Source: an uncultured Gammaproteobacteria bacterium
Lineage (GTDB): Bacteria; Patescibacteriota; Patescibacteriia; UBA1558; GWA2-36-10
DNA: 64,000 nucleotides
Assembly: GCA_964633905.1 (NCBI GenBank)
Contig: CAZWIT010000002.1
Coordinates: forward strand, 128,833 to 192,832
Reading direction: 5' to 3'
A model generated the notes under the pieces. It was not told the DNA's origin, searched no databases, and worked only from the letters and a program-made list of their open reading frames with translations. Below are positions 56,661 through 64,000 of this stretch, one piece after another. A program made the translations under genes and the position numbers. The first letter of the stretch is position 1, and every line of letters starts with the position of its first letter.

Positions 56661-57905
56661 ATGCATTTTCATATTAAAAATTCGATTGCTATTTTGCAGA
56701 TGTTTAGACGCAATAAGCTGCGTTCTTTTTTGACTTCTTTAGGTATTATTATTGGTATTTCTTCGGTTATTATCATCATGTCAGTTGGCGCTGGAGCACA
56801 GAGCTTGATAGTAAATCAGGTGAGTAGTATTGGCACTGATTTATTAGGTATTTTGCCAGGTGCTAGCGAAGATGATGGTCCGCCAGCTGCAGTTTTTGGT
56901 ATTAATATCACCACTTTAACTTATGAAGATGGTAAAGCAATCGCAAGTAGGGTGCCACAAATTATTGGTGTAGCTTCTTATGCCAGAGGATCAGCTGATA
57001 TTACTTGGCAAAATAAAACAGTGAGTACTAGTTTTTTAGGTGTTACTGGAAATTATTTATCTATTGAAGCTTCAGCGGGGATTGAGTCTGGGCATTTTTT
57101 TTCTGATGATCAAACAGAGCAAGTGGTGAGAGAGGTAGTTTTGGGTAGTCAAACAGCCGAGGATTTATTTGCTGGCATTAATCCCATTGATCAAAAAGTA
57201 AAGATTAATAAAGAGACTTTTAGGGTAATTGGCGTGATGAAAGAGCGGGGTAGTTCTGGTTTTCAAAATCAAGATAGCCAAGTTTTTATTACCCTAGCTA
57301 CTGCTCAAAAATTAATGTTGGGTATAAACCATGTTAGTTTTATGCGGGCTAAAATGTCTCCTGATGTAGTAGATATTGATTATACTATTTCAGAAGTTGA
57401 AAGAGTGTTGCGCGAAAGGCATAATATTCAAGACCCGGCTGATGATGATTTTTCGGTTCGTTCTTCGCAACAAGGTCTTGATACTTTGAAATCTTTGACT
57501 GACGCTTTAAATTATTTTTTGGCTATGGTAGCTGGCATCTCTCTGTTAGTTGGTGGGATTGGTATTATGAACATCATGTTAGTGTCAGTCACAGAAAGTA
57601 CTAGAGAGATTGGCTTGCGTAAAGCAGTCGGTGCTACCAAAAGAGATATTAGCATTCAATATTTAACACAAACAGTATTACTGAGTGCTTTGGGCGGAGT
57701 AATTGGCATTATCTGGGGGGTTATTATTTCTGGCTTAGTTAGCTTGGTAGCTAAAGGTTTAGGTTATCAGTGGGACTTTGTAGTTTCTTTTAGCTCCATT
57801 TTTTTAGCAGTTTCTTTTACAGTTTTAGTTGGTGTCTTTTTTGGTTGGTATCCAGCCCAAAAGGCAGCTAATTTAAGCCCAATTGAAGCTTTGCGTTACG
57901 AATAA
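56661..57905 (+). CDS. MacB/FtsX-family ABC permease 1
   Basis: RSFLTSLGIIIGI, ISLLVGGIGIMNIMLVSVTE.TREIGLRKAVGA, YPAQKAA..PIEALRYE. Confidence 0.95.
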   Translation: MHFHIKNSIAILQMFRRNKLRSFLTSLGIIIGISSVIIIMSVGAGAQSLIVNQVSSIGTDLLGILPGASEDDGPPAAVFGINITTLTYEDGKAIASRVPQIIGVASYARGSADITWQNKTVSTSFLGVTGNYLSIEASAGIESGHFFSDDQTEQVVREVVLGSQTAEDLFAGINPIDQKVKINKETFRVIGVMKERGSSGFQNQDSQVFITLATAQKLMLGINHVSFMRAKMSPDVVDIDYTISEVERVLRERHNIQDPADDDFSVRSSQQGLDTLKSLTDALNYFLAMVAGISLLVGGIGIMNIMLVSVTESTREIGLRKAVGATKRDISIQYLTQTVLLSALGGVIGIIWGVIISGLVSLVAKGLGYQWDFVVSFSSIFLAVSFTVLVGVFFGWYPAQKAANLSPIEALRYE

Positions 57906-57909
57906 TTTT

Positions 57910-59142
57910 ATGAAATACAGTCACAGTTTTGATATTGCTCTTAAGGCTTTGCGGACCAACAAGGTTCGAACAGCTTTAACTGTTTTAGGTATGGTAATTG
58001 GTATTATGTCAGTGTCAGTTATTATTTCCGCTGGCGATAGTATTCAAAAATTAGTTTATAATCAAGTTTCCAGTTTTGGCTCTAATTTTATTCAGATTGA
58101 ATCACGCGCCCCCAAGGCTAGCGGCGGCTCTTTTGCTCAGGTGCAGGGAGTAGTAGTGACTAGCATGAAGCTTTCCGATAAAGAAGCGGTTGATAAAATT
58201 AAAGGTATTAAAACTAGTTATGCTTCTAGTTTTAGTCAAGAAATTATGGCATCAGAAGGCAACATTAAAAAAGTAACTGTTTTTGCAACTGGTCCTGAGT
58301 TTACTGATATTGACGAAGCAGAAATTTCAGCTGGTAGATTTTATACTAAAGAAGAGGACGATAGTTTAGCACGAGTAATAGTATTAGGTGCTAATGTTAA
58401 GGATAAGTTATTTGGTAATAATTCGGCTATCGGCCATAGTGTAAAGATTCGTAACATTAGTTTTAAAGTTATTGGTGAGATGGAGCCTCGCGGTACGGTC
58501 TTTTTCTTTAATTATGATGATATTGCTTATATTCCAATTCAGACCACACAAAAATTATTATTGGGAGTTGATTATATTTCTAGCATTACCGCCCAGATGG
58601 AAGAGGGGGCAGATGATCAAGATTTAGCCGAACAAATAAGAGTTTTATTACGTGATCGGCACGAAATAGATGATCCTGACAAAGATGATTTTGAAGTAAA
58701 TACTTCCGCAGACGCTCAAAATATTTTGGGTACAATTTTAGGTGGCGTGACTTTACTTTTGATCGCTTTAGCGGGTATTTCTTTAGTAGTTGGCGGTGTC
58801 GGTATTATGAATATTATGTATGCTACTGTTTCTGAGCGGACTTTTGAAATTGGTTTACGTAAAAGTATTGGTGCTAGCAAGCATGATATTATGCAGCAAT
58901 TTTTAGCAGAAGCAGTAACAATTACCTTGCTAGGTGGCCTTGGTGGTATTATTTTGGGTGTATTTTTAACTTATATTATTTATATTTTAGCTAACTATTA
59001 TAATTTAGATTGGTCTTTTACAGTATCTCCTTTGGGCGTGGTTTTGTCTTTGGGTTTTTCAATTGCCATTGGTTTAATCTTTGGTCTTTATCCAGCTAAA
59101 AAAGCAGCGGCTCTAAATCCAATTGAAGCTCTAAGGAAATAG
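57910..59142 (+). CDS. MacB/FtsX-family ABC permease 2 (start moved to ATG 57910)
   Basis: RTALTVLGMVIGI, ISLVVGGVGIMNIM..V.ERTFEIGLRKSIGA, YPAKKAA..PIEALR. Confidence 0.95.
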   Translation: MKYSHSFDIALKALRTNKVRTALTVLGMVIGIMSVSVIISAGDSIQKLVYNQVSSFGSNFIQIESRAPKASGGSFAQVQGVVVTSMKLSDKEAVDKIKGIKTSYASSFSQEIMASEGNIKKVTVFATGPEFTDIDEAEISAGRFYTKEEDDSLARVIVLGANVKDKLFGNNSAIGHSVKIRNISFKVIGEMEPRGTVFFFNYDDIAYIPIQTTQKLLLGVDYISSITAQMEEGADDQDLAEQIRVLLRDRHEIDDPDKDDFEVNTSADAQNILGTILGGVTLLLIALAGISLVVGGVGIMNIMYATVSERTFEIGLRKSIGASKHDIMQQFLAEAVTITLLGGLGGIILGVFLTYIIYILANYYNLDWSFTVSPLGVVLSLGFSIAIGLIFGLYPAKKAAALNPIEALRK

Positions 59143-59184
59143 TCTTGAATATTTTGGCTAATATTAGATAAAATAATTTATTAT

Positions 59185-59223
59185 TTAGCACTCCTTGACG
59201 AAGAGTGCTAATTGCTTTATAAT
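59185..59223 (+). promoter_or_regulatory. Perfect CIRCE overlapping promoter TTGACG-N17-TATAAT of hrcA operon
   Basis: TTAGCACTC 59185-59193, spacer CTTGACGAA, GAGTGCTAA 59203-59211; TATAAT 59218-59223. Confidence 0.95.
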
Positions 59224-59229
59224 ACTTTT

Positions 59230-59886
59230 ATGGAAGATAGAAATCAAAAATTGTTAAAATCAATTATTGAATTACATATTAATACTGCTAAGCCGATTAG
59301 CTCTAAAGTTCTGGCTGAAGACGAAAATTTTGGCTTGTCTTCGGCTACTATTCGCAATGATATGTTGGACTTGGAAAATGCGGGTTATATCTGGCAACCA
59401 CATACTTCAGCTGGTCGTTTGCCTACAGTTTTTGGCTATCGTTATTATTTAGATAATTTATTATCAGTGCCAGTATTATCTGAAGCAGAAGAAAAAGAGT
59501 TAATTAATTTAGCTCAACAAGATATTAGATTGCTAGCCAAATATTTAGTAGAAAAAATTAATTTAGCTGTTATCGTCGGTTTTAGTCCAACAGATTTATA
59601 TTTTACCGGTTTATTTAATTTATTTTCACAGCCTGAATTTGAAGATTATAAAATGGTTTTATCCATGAGCCAAGTGGTTGATTCTTTAGAAAAAGCTACA
59701 GCTCAAATTTTTTATCAAATTGATAAACCACAGGTTTTATTAGGTAAGGATAATCCTTTTAATCCGCATTGTGCTACTGCTATTGCTCCTTTGTCTGAAG
59801 ATCGTATTTTGGCAATTTTAGGGCCGATGCGCATGGATTATAATCGGGTTTTAAGTTTACTTGCTAGTGTAGTAAAAATTGCTTAA
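59230..59886 (+). CDS. hrcA: Heat-inducible transcription repressor HrcA, shortened form (start moved to ATG 59230)
   Basis: LSSATIRNDMLDLE..GYI.QPHTSAGRLPT..GYRYY, SQPEF, ILGPMRMDY. Confidence 0.95.
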   Translation: MEDRNQKLLKSIIELHINTAKPISSKVLAEDENFGLSSATIRNDMLDLENAGYIWQPHTSAGRLPTVFGYRYYLDNLLSVPVLSEAEEKELINLAQQDIRLLAKYLVEKINLAVIVGFSPTDLYFTGLFNLFSQPEFEDYKMVLSMSQVVDSLEKATAQIFYQIDKPQVLLGKDNPFNPHCATAIAPLSEDRILAILGPMRMDYNRVLSLLASVVKIA

Positions 59887-59888
59887 AT

Positions 59889-60413
59889 ATGTTAGATGTA
59901 CAAAAAAATTTAAAGAAAAATAGTAAAATTTCTGATCAAAATAACGACCAAGATTTTCAAGAGCAAATTAGCTCTTTAGAAGAACAAGTAGCTGCCAATC
60001 TGCATGGTTGGAAAAAAGCCTTGGCTGATTATCAAAATTTGCAGAAAGATTCAGATAAAAAACTATCAAATCTTAGTGATTATTTAATCTCAGCTACTAT
60101 TTTGGAGTTATTGCCAATTTTTGATAATTATCGATTAGCCATTGAACATATTCCAGCTGAGCAAAGAAAGGCCGCATGGGCAGTGGGATTGGAACATATC
60201 TTGAAAATGTGGGAACAGTTTTTAGCAGATCATCAAGTTAAAAAAATTGACACTAGTAAAAAAGTTTTTGACCCTTTGTGGCACGAAGCAGTTGATAAAG
60301 TTCATGATAAACAAATACCAGATCAGCAAATAGTCAAAGAATTATTGCCGGGCTACTTGCTCAAAGAATCGTTAATTCGTCCGGCTCAAGTTGTAGTTAA
60401 TAATTTAGAATAA
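59889..60413 (+). CDS. grpE: Nucleotide exchange factor GrpE
   Basis: ALADYQNLQK, LLPIFDN, FDPLWHEAV, GYLLKESLIRPAQVVV. Confidence 0.95.
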   Translation: MLDVQKNLKKNSKISDQNNDQDFQEQISSLEEQVAANLHGWKKALADYQNLQKDSDKKLSNLSDYLISATILELLPIFDNYRLAIEHIPAEQRKAAWAVGLEHILKMWEQFLADHQVKKIDTSKKVFDPLWHEAVDKVHDKQIPDQQIVKELLPGYLLKESLIRPAQVVVNNLE

Positions 60414-60464
60414 AAATAAATTAAGTCGGCCACTTTAAATGGCCATAAAGAAAGGAAAAAAAAT

Positions 60465-60872
60465 ATGTCAATTATACCTTGGACACCATTTTTAGACACT
60501 TTTGACAGTTTAGAAAAAAGTTTAAGCAATTTCATGCCGGCAGTAGATATTTATGAAGACAAAGATAATGTCTACGTGGAGGCAACTTTAGCTGGTATCA
60601 AGCCAGGCGATGTTAATCTTAATGTTCATGATGATGTATTAACAATCGAAGGTAGTCGTGCTAGTACTAGTGAAATTGATGAAAATAATTATTATCGCAA
60701 AGAAGTTCGTACTGGTTCTTTTCATCGCGCTTTAGTCTTGCCGGTATCAGTGCAATCAGATAAAGCGCAGGCTAGTTTTGAAAACGGATTACTTAAAGTG
60801 ACCTTGCCTAAAGAAGAAAGATCCAAATCTAAAAATATTAAAATTAATATTCAATCAAATAAAAATAATTAA
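60465..60872 (+). CDS. Hsp20/alpha-crystallin small heat shock protein
   Basis: PAVDIYED, LTIEGSR, YYRKEVRTGSFHR.L.LP, ASFENGLLKVTLPK. Confidence 0.95.
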   Translation: MSIIPWTPFLDTFDSLEKSLSNFMPAVDIYEDKDNVYVEATLAGIKPGDVNLNVHDDVLTIEGSRASTSEIDENNYYRKEVRTGSFHRALVLPVSVQSDKAQASFENGLLKVTLPKEERSKSKNIKINIQSNKNN

Positions 60873-61202
60873 ATGGGAGATAATTTAAATTCACCTCTAA
60901 ATTTACGGTTAATTCGTAATTGTCCAATTTGTCAGCATGAATTCAAATTTAATGCTATTCAGGTTTTAAATGAAAATGATTTTGGCGTTTTGACTTATAT
61001 GATTTGTTCTTTTTGTGGCGCGCGTTTATTAACAAAATTAGCTACCATGCCTCAGGGTGTGGTTGGTAATGCGATTTTGACAGACTTGAAGGCAGAAGAA
61101 GTAATGGATTTTGCTGGTGGAGTAGATAGCATCCAAGCGGACGATGTTTTAGCAGTTCATAAACTTATTAATAATCAAGAATTTTTTAAAGCAATTAAAT
61201 AA
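60873..61202 (+). CDS. Hypothetical Zn-ribbon protein in dnaK operon
   Basis: CPIC...CSFC; LTDL..EEV..F....[10 protein letters not shown]; abuts hsp20 and dnaK. Confidence 0.75.
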   Translation: MGDNLNSPLNLRLIRNCPICQHEFKFNAIQVLNENDFGVLTYMICSFCGARLLTKLATMPQGVVGNAILTDLKAEEVMDFAGGVDSIQADDVLAVHKLINNQEFFKAIK

Positions 61203-61210
61203 TAAATAAT

Positions 61211-63103
61211 ATGGGAAAAATTATCGGTATTGATTTAGGTACTACCAACTCGGCGGTAGCAGTAATGGAAGGTGGTCAACCTAAAATTTTAGAAAACAAA
61301 GAAGGTAATCGTACCACTCCATCAATTGTGGCGATTTCTAAAAATAACGAACGCTTAGTTGGTATTACTGCCAAACGTCAAGCAGTTACTAATGCTGCTA
61401 GTACTGTCTTTTCGGTTAAGCGTTTGATTGGTCGAAGATTTTCTGACTCGGAAGTACAACGTGATCTAAAAATCATGCCTTATCAGATTAAGCAAGCAGG
61501 CGAAGGTGTTAAAGTTACTTTAGGAGATAAAGAATATTCGCCACAGGAAGTTTCAGCTATGATTTTACAAAAATTAAAAGCTGACGCCGAAGAACGTTTA
61601 GGTGGTCCAGTAACTGAAGCAGTAATTACCGTGCCAGCTTATTTTGATGATGCTCAACGTCAAGCTACCAAAGACGCTGGCAAGATCGCTGGTCTTGAGG
61701 TAAAGCGTATTATTAATGAACCAACAGCTGCAGCGCTGGCTTATGGTTTTGATAAAAAGAAAGATCAAAAAATTGCTGTCTATGATTTGGGTGGTGGTAC
61801 TTTTGATATTTCTATTTTAGAAGTTTCACAAGATACAGTAGAAGTAAAGTCTACTAATGGTGACACTCATTTAGGCGGTGATGATTTTGATCAAAAAATT
61901 ATTAATTGGATTATTACTGAATTCAAAAAACAAGAAGGCATTGATTTAAGTAATGATAAATTAGCTTTACAGCGCTTAAAAGAAGCTGCTGAAAAAGCCA
62001 AAATTGAGCTTTCTTCTTCTTTGGAAACTGAAATTAATCAACCATTTATTACCACTGATGCTTCTGGTCCTAAACATTTGGTAATGAAATTTTCTCGAGC
62101 CCAACTCGAAAGTTTAGTGGGCGATTTAGTCAAAGCTACTTTAGAGCCAGTTAAAAAAGCTTTAGCTGATTCTGGTATTGATGTTAAAAATATTGAAGAA
62201 GTTGTCATGGTTGGTGGTATGACTCGTATGCCATTAGTTTTAAAAACAGTTGAAGAATTTTTCGGCAAGAAACCAAATATTTCTGTAAACCCAGATGAAG
62301 TTGTTGCTTTGGGCGCAGCTGTGCAAGCAGGCGTTTTGCAAGGTGACGTCAAAGATGTGTTGCTTTTAGATGTGACGCCTTTAACTCTAGGTTTAGAAAC
62401 TTTAGGTGGCATTCGTACACCTTTGATAAATCGTAATACTACTATTCCTACTTCTAAGACGCAGATATTTTCAACAGCTGCTGATAGTCAAGACAGTGTA
62501 GAAATAAATATTTTACAAGGCGAGCGTGAGATGGCTGCTGATAATAAAACCTTAGGTCGTTTTACCTTATCTGGTATTCCACCAGCACCAAGAGGCGTGC
62601 CTCAAATTGAAGTTACTTTTGATATTGATGCTAATGGTATTTTAAATGTTAAGGCAGTTGATAAAGCAACTGGCAAACAACAAGCTATTACCATTAAATC
62701 ATCCTCTGGTTTATCTGAAGCGGAAATTCAAAAGATGACTAAAGAGGCTGAAGTTCACGCGGCTGAAGATAAACAAAAAAAAGAAGCTGTAGAGTTAGCT
62801 AATAATGCTGATCATATGGTTTTCCAAACAGAAAAGTTTATTAAAGAGAATCAAGATAAAATTAAGGAAGAAGATAAGAAGCAATTAGAATCTAAATTAG
62901 AAACTCTAAAGAAAGCAAAAGATAGCAAAGATGTCGAGGCTATCAAAGGCGCAGTTAGTGATTTAGAGACTACTGTACAAAATGTTGGCGCTAGTCTTTA
63001 TCAAGCCCAGGCCGCTCAGTCAGAGACTAAAACAGCAGAGGCCACTAAAGATCAGCCTGTAGAAGCAGAATATAGTGAAGTAAAATCAGACAAAACTAAC
63101 TAA
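61211..63103 (+). CDS. dnaK: Chaperone DnaK (Hsp70)
   Basis: [59 protein letters not shown]. Confidence 0.99.
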   Translation: MGKIIGIDLGTTNSAVAVMEGGQPKILENKEGNRTTPSIVAISKNNERLVGITAKRQAVTNAASTVFSVKRLIGRRFSDSEVQRDLKIMPYQIKQAGEGVKVTLGDKEYSPQEVSAMILQKLKADAEERLGGPVTEAVITVPAYFDDAQRQATKDAGKIAGLEVKRIINEPTAAALAYGFDKKKDQKIAVYDLGGGTFDISILEVSQDTVEVKSTNGDTHLGGDDFDQKIINWIITEFKKQEGIDLSNDKLALQRLKEAAEKAKIELSSSLETEINQPFITTDASGPKHLVMKFSRAQLESLVGDLVKATLEPVKKALADSGIDVKNIEEVVMVGGMTRMPLVLKTVEEFFGKKPNISVNPDEVVALGAAVQAGVLQGDVKDVLLLDVTPLTLGLETLGGIRTPLINRNTTIPTSKTQIFSTAADSQDSVEINILQGEREMAADNKTLGRFTLSGIPPAPRGVPQIEVTFDIDANGILNVKAVDKATGKQQAITIKSSSGLSEAEIQKMTKEAEVHAAEDKQKKEAVELANNADHMVFQTEKFIKENQDKIKEEDKKQLESKLETLKKAKDSKDVEAIKGAVSDLETTVQNVGASLYQAQAAQSETKTAEATKDQPVEAEYSEVKSDKTN

Positions 63104-64000
63104 TGGGAAAAGATTACTATAAAATTTTAGGAGTAGAGCGCAACGCAACTGAAGCTGATATTAAAAAAGCTTTTCGAAAATTAGCTCACGAACATCACCC
63201 TGATAAAAGCAATGGTAATGCTGAAAAATTTAAAGAAATTAATGAAGCATATCAGGTTTTGAGCCACAAGGAAAAACGCGCTCAATATGACCAATTTGGT
63301 AGCGGTTTTGAACAGGCTGGTGGTGGTGCCTGGGGGCAGGGCAATCCTTTTGCTGGCGGCTTTTCAGGGGCCAATCCTTTTGGTGGTGCTCAAGGCGCAG
63401 ATTTTGATTTTGATTTAGGGGATATTTTTAGTAGTTTTTTTGGTGGTCAAGCATCTAATCGCAGTCGTTCTAGGCGCGGTGGCGATATTCAAATCGATAT
63501 TGAACTTGATTTAAAAGACATTGTTTTTGGTACTAATAAAAAAATTAGTATTCGTAGGCAAAATGTCTGTAATGTTTGTCAGGGTAGTGGCGCCAAGGAC
63601 AGTTCTAGTTTAAAAACTTGTTCCACTTGCCAGGGCAAGGGGCAGGTGATCACTACTATTTTAGGTCAATTTAGAACGCAGACTACTTGTCCAGATTGTG
63701 CTGGCCGTGGACAGGTAGTAAAAGATCACTGTTTAGAATGTTCTGGTAGCGGTATTATTGCTAAGACAACAGAATTATCTATTGAGATTCCTGGTGGCAT
63801 TGAAGATGGTCAGTCGATTCGTTTGTCAGGGCAGGGTAATAGTGGTCCTCATGGCCAAGCGGCTGGTGATTTGTATGCTACTATTCATATTAAGGCTGAT
63901 AAACGTTTTGAGAGGTTAGGTGATGATTTAATTCGTAAGATTGAAATTCCATTTACCCTGGCTGCTTTGGGCGGGGAGATTGAAGTAGAGACTATTGATA
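63103..64000 (+). CDS. dnaJ: Chaperone DnaJ (3' truncated by window edge; absent from ORF track)
   Basis: ATG overlaps dnaK stop; [11 protein letters not shown]...HHPDK J-domain, G/F region, four CxxCxGxG repeats. Confidence 0.97.
   Translation, partial: MGKDYYKILGVERNATEADIKKAFRKLAHEHHPDKSNGNAEKFKEINEAYQVLSHKEKRAQYDQFGSGFEQAGGGAWGQGNPFAGGFSGANPFGGAQGADFDFDLGDIFSSFFGGQASNRSRSRRGGDIQIDIELDLKDIVFGTNKKISIRRQNVCNVCQGSGAKDSSSLKTCSTCQGKGQVITTILGQFRTQTTCPDCAGRGQVVKDHCLECSGSGIIAKTTELSIEIPGGIEDGQSIRLSGQGNSGPHGQAAGDLYATIHIKADKRFERLGDDLIRKIEIPFTLAALGGEIEVETID

Noticed and set aside
1168-62412. Short antisense or out-of-frame ORFs in the track (e.g. 1168-1350, 7424-7681, 21771-22199, 29404-29919, 42924-43379, 62038-62412)
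   Set aside because: They lie wholly or almost wholly within well-supported genes and have no recognisable motifs; treated as shadow ORFs
1-64000. Alternative genetic code (TGA=Gly, as in Gracilibacteria/Absconditabacteria)
   Set aside because: Genes translate full length in code 11 and TGA serves as stop in ATGA overlaps (12449, 23701, 26855)

Overview
AT-rich chromosomal segment of a Patescibacteria (CPR) bacterium, probably Parcubacteria/ABY1-like. This is inferred from the missing rpmD/L30, the near absence of Shine-Dalgarno motifs and CPR-type surface domains; TGA is used as a stop codon, so code 11 applies. In order the window holds: (1) the S10-spc ribosomal protein operon from rplD (partial) to secY; (2) adk-map-ruvX-WecA/TagO-like-DUF192-hypotheticals and a catalytically dead HtrA homologue; (3) a small HTH gene divergent from an ECF sigma/anti-sigma pair, then a highly structured ~430-nt intergenic leader and a 1283-aa S-layer-like protein; (4) a glycan biosynthesis locus (GT4s, GT9, acetyl- and methyltransferases, flippase, priming transferase) ending in an O-antigen-ligase-family oligosaccharyltransferase; (5) a minimal MCP-CheW-CheA-CheY chemosensory cassette running directly into a type IV pilus operon (pilB, pilC, large lectin-domain minor pilins, pilM, two major pilins); (6) a MacAB-like ABC exporter operon whose promoter lies inside a perfect CIRCE; (7) a second CIRCE and hrcA-grpE-hsp20-Zn-ribbon-dnaK-dnaJ (partial). 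Several small palindromic REP/MITE-like elements sit inside terminator or leader hairpins. The best candidates for new biology are the stripped-down Che system coupled to pili, the HrcA-controlled exporter and the S-layer leader RNA. All calls come from reading the sequence; no database search was run.
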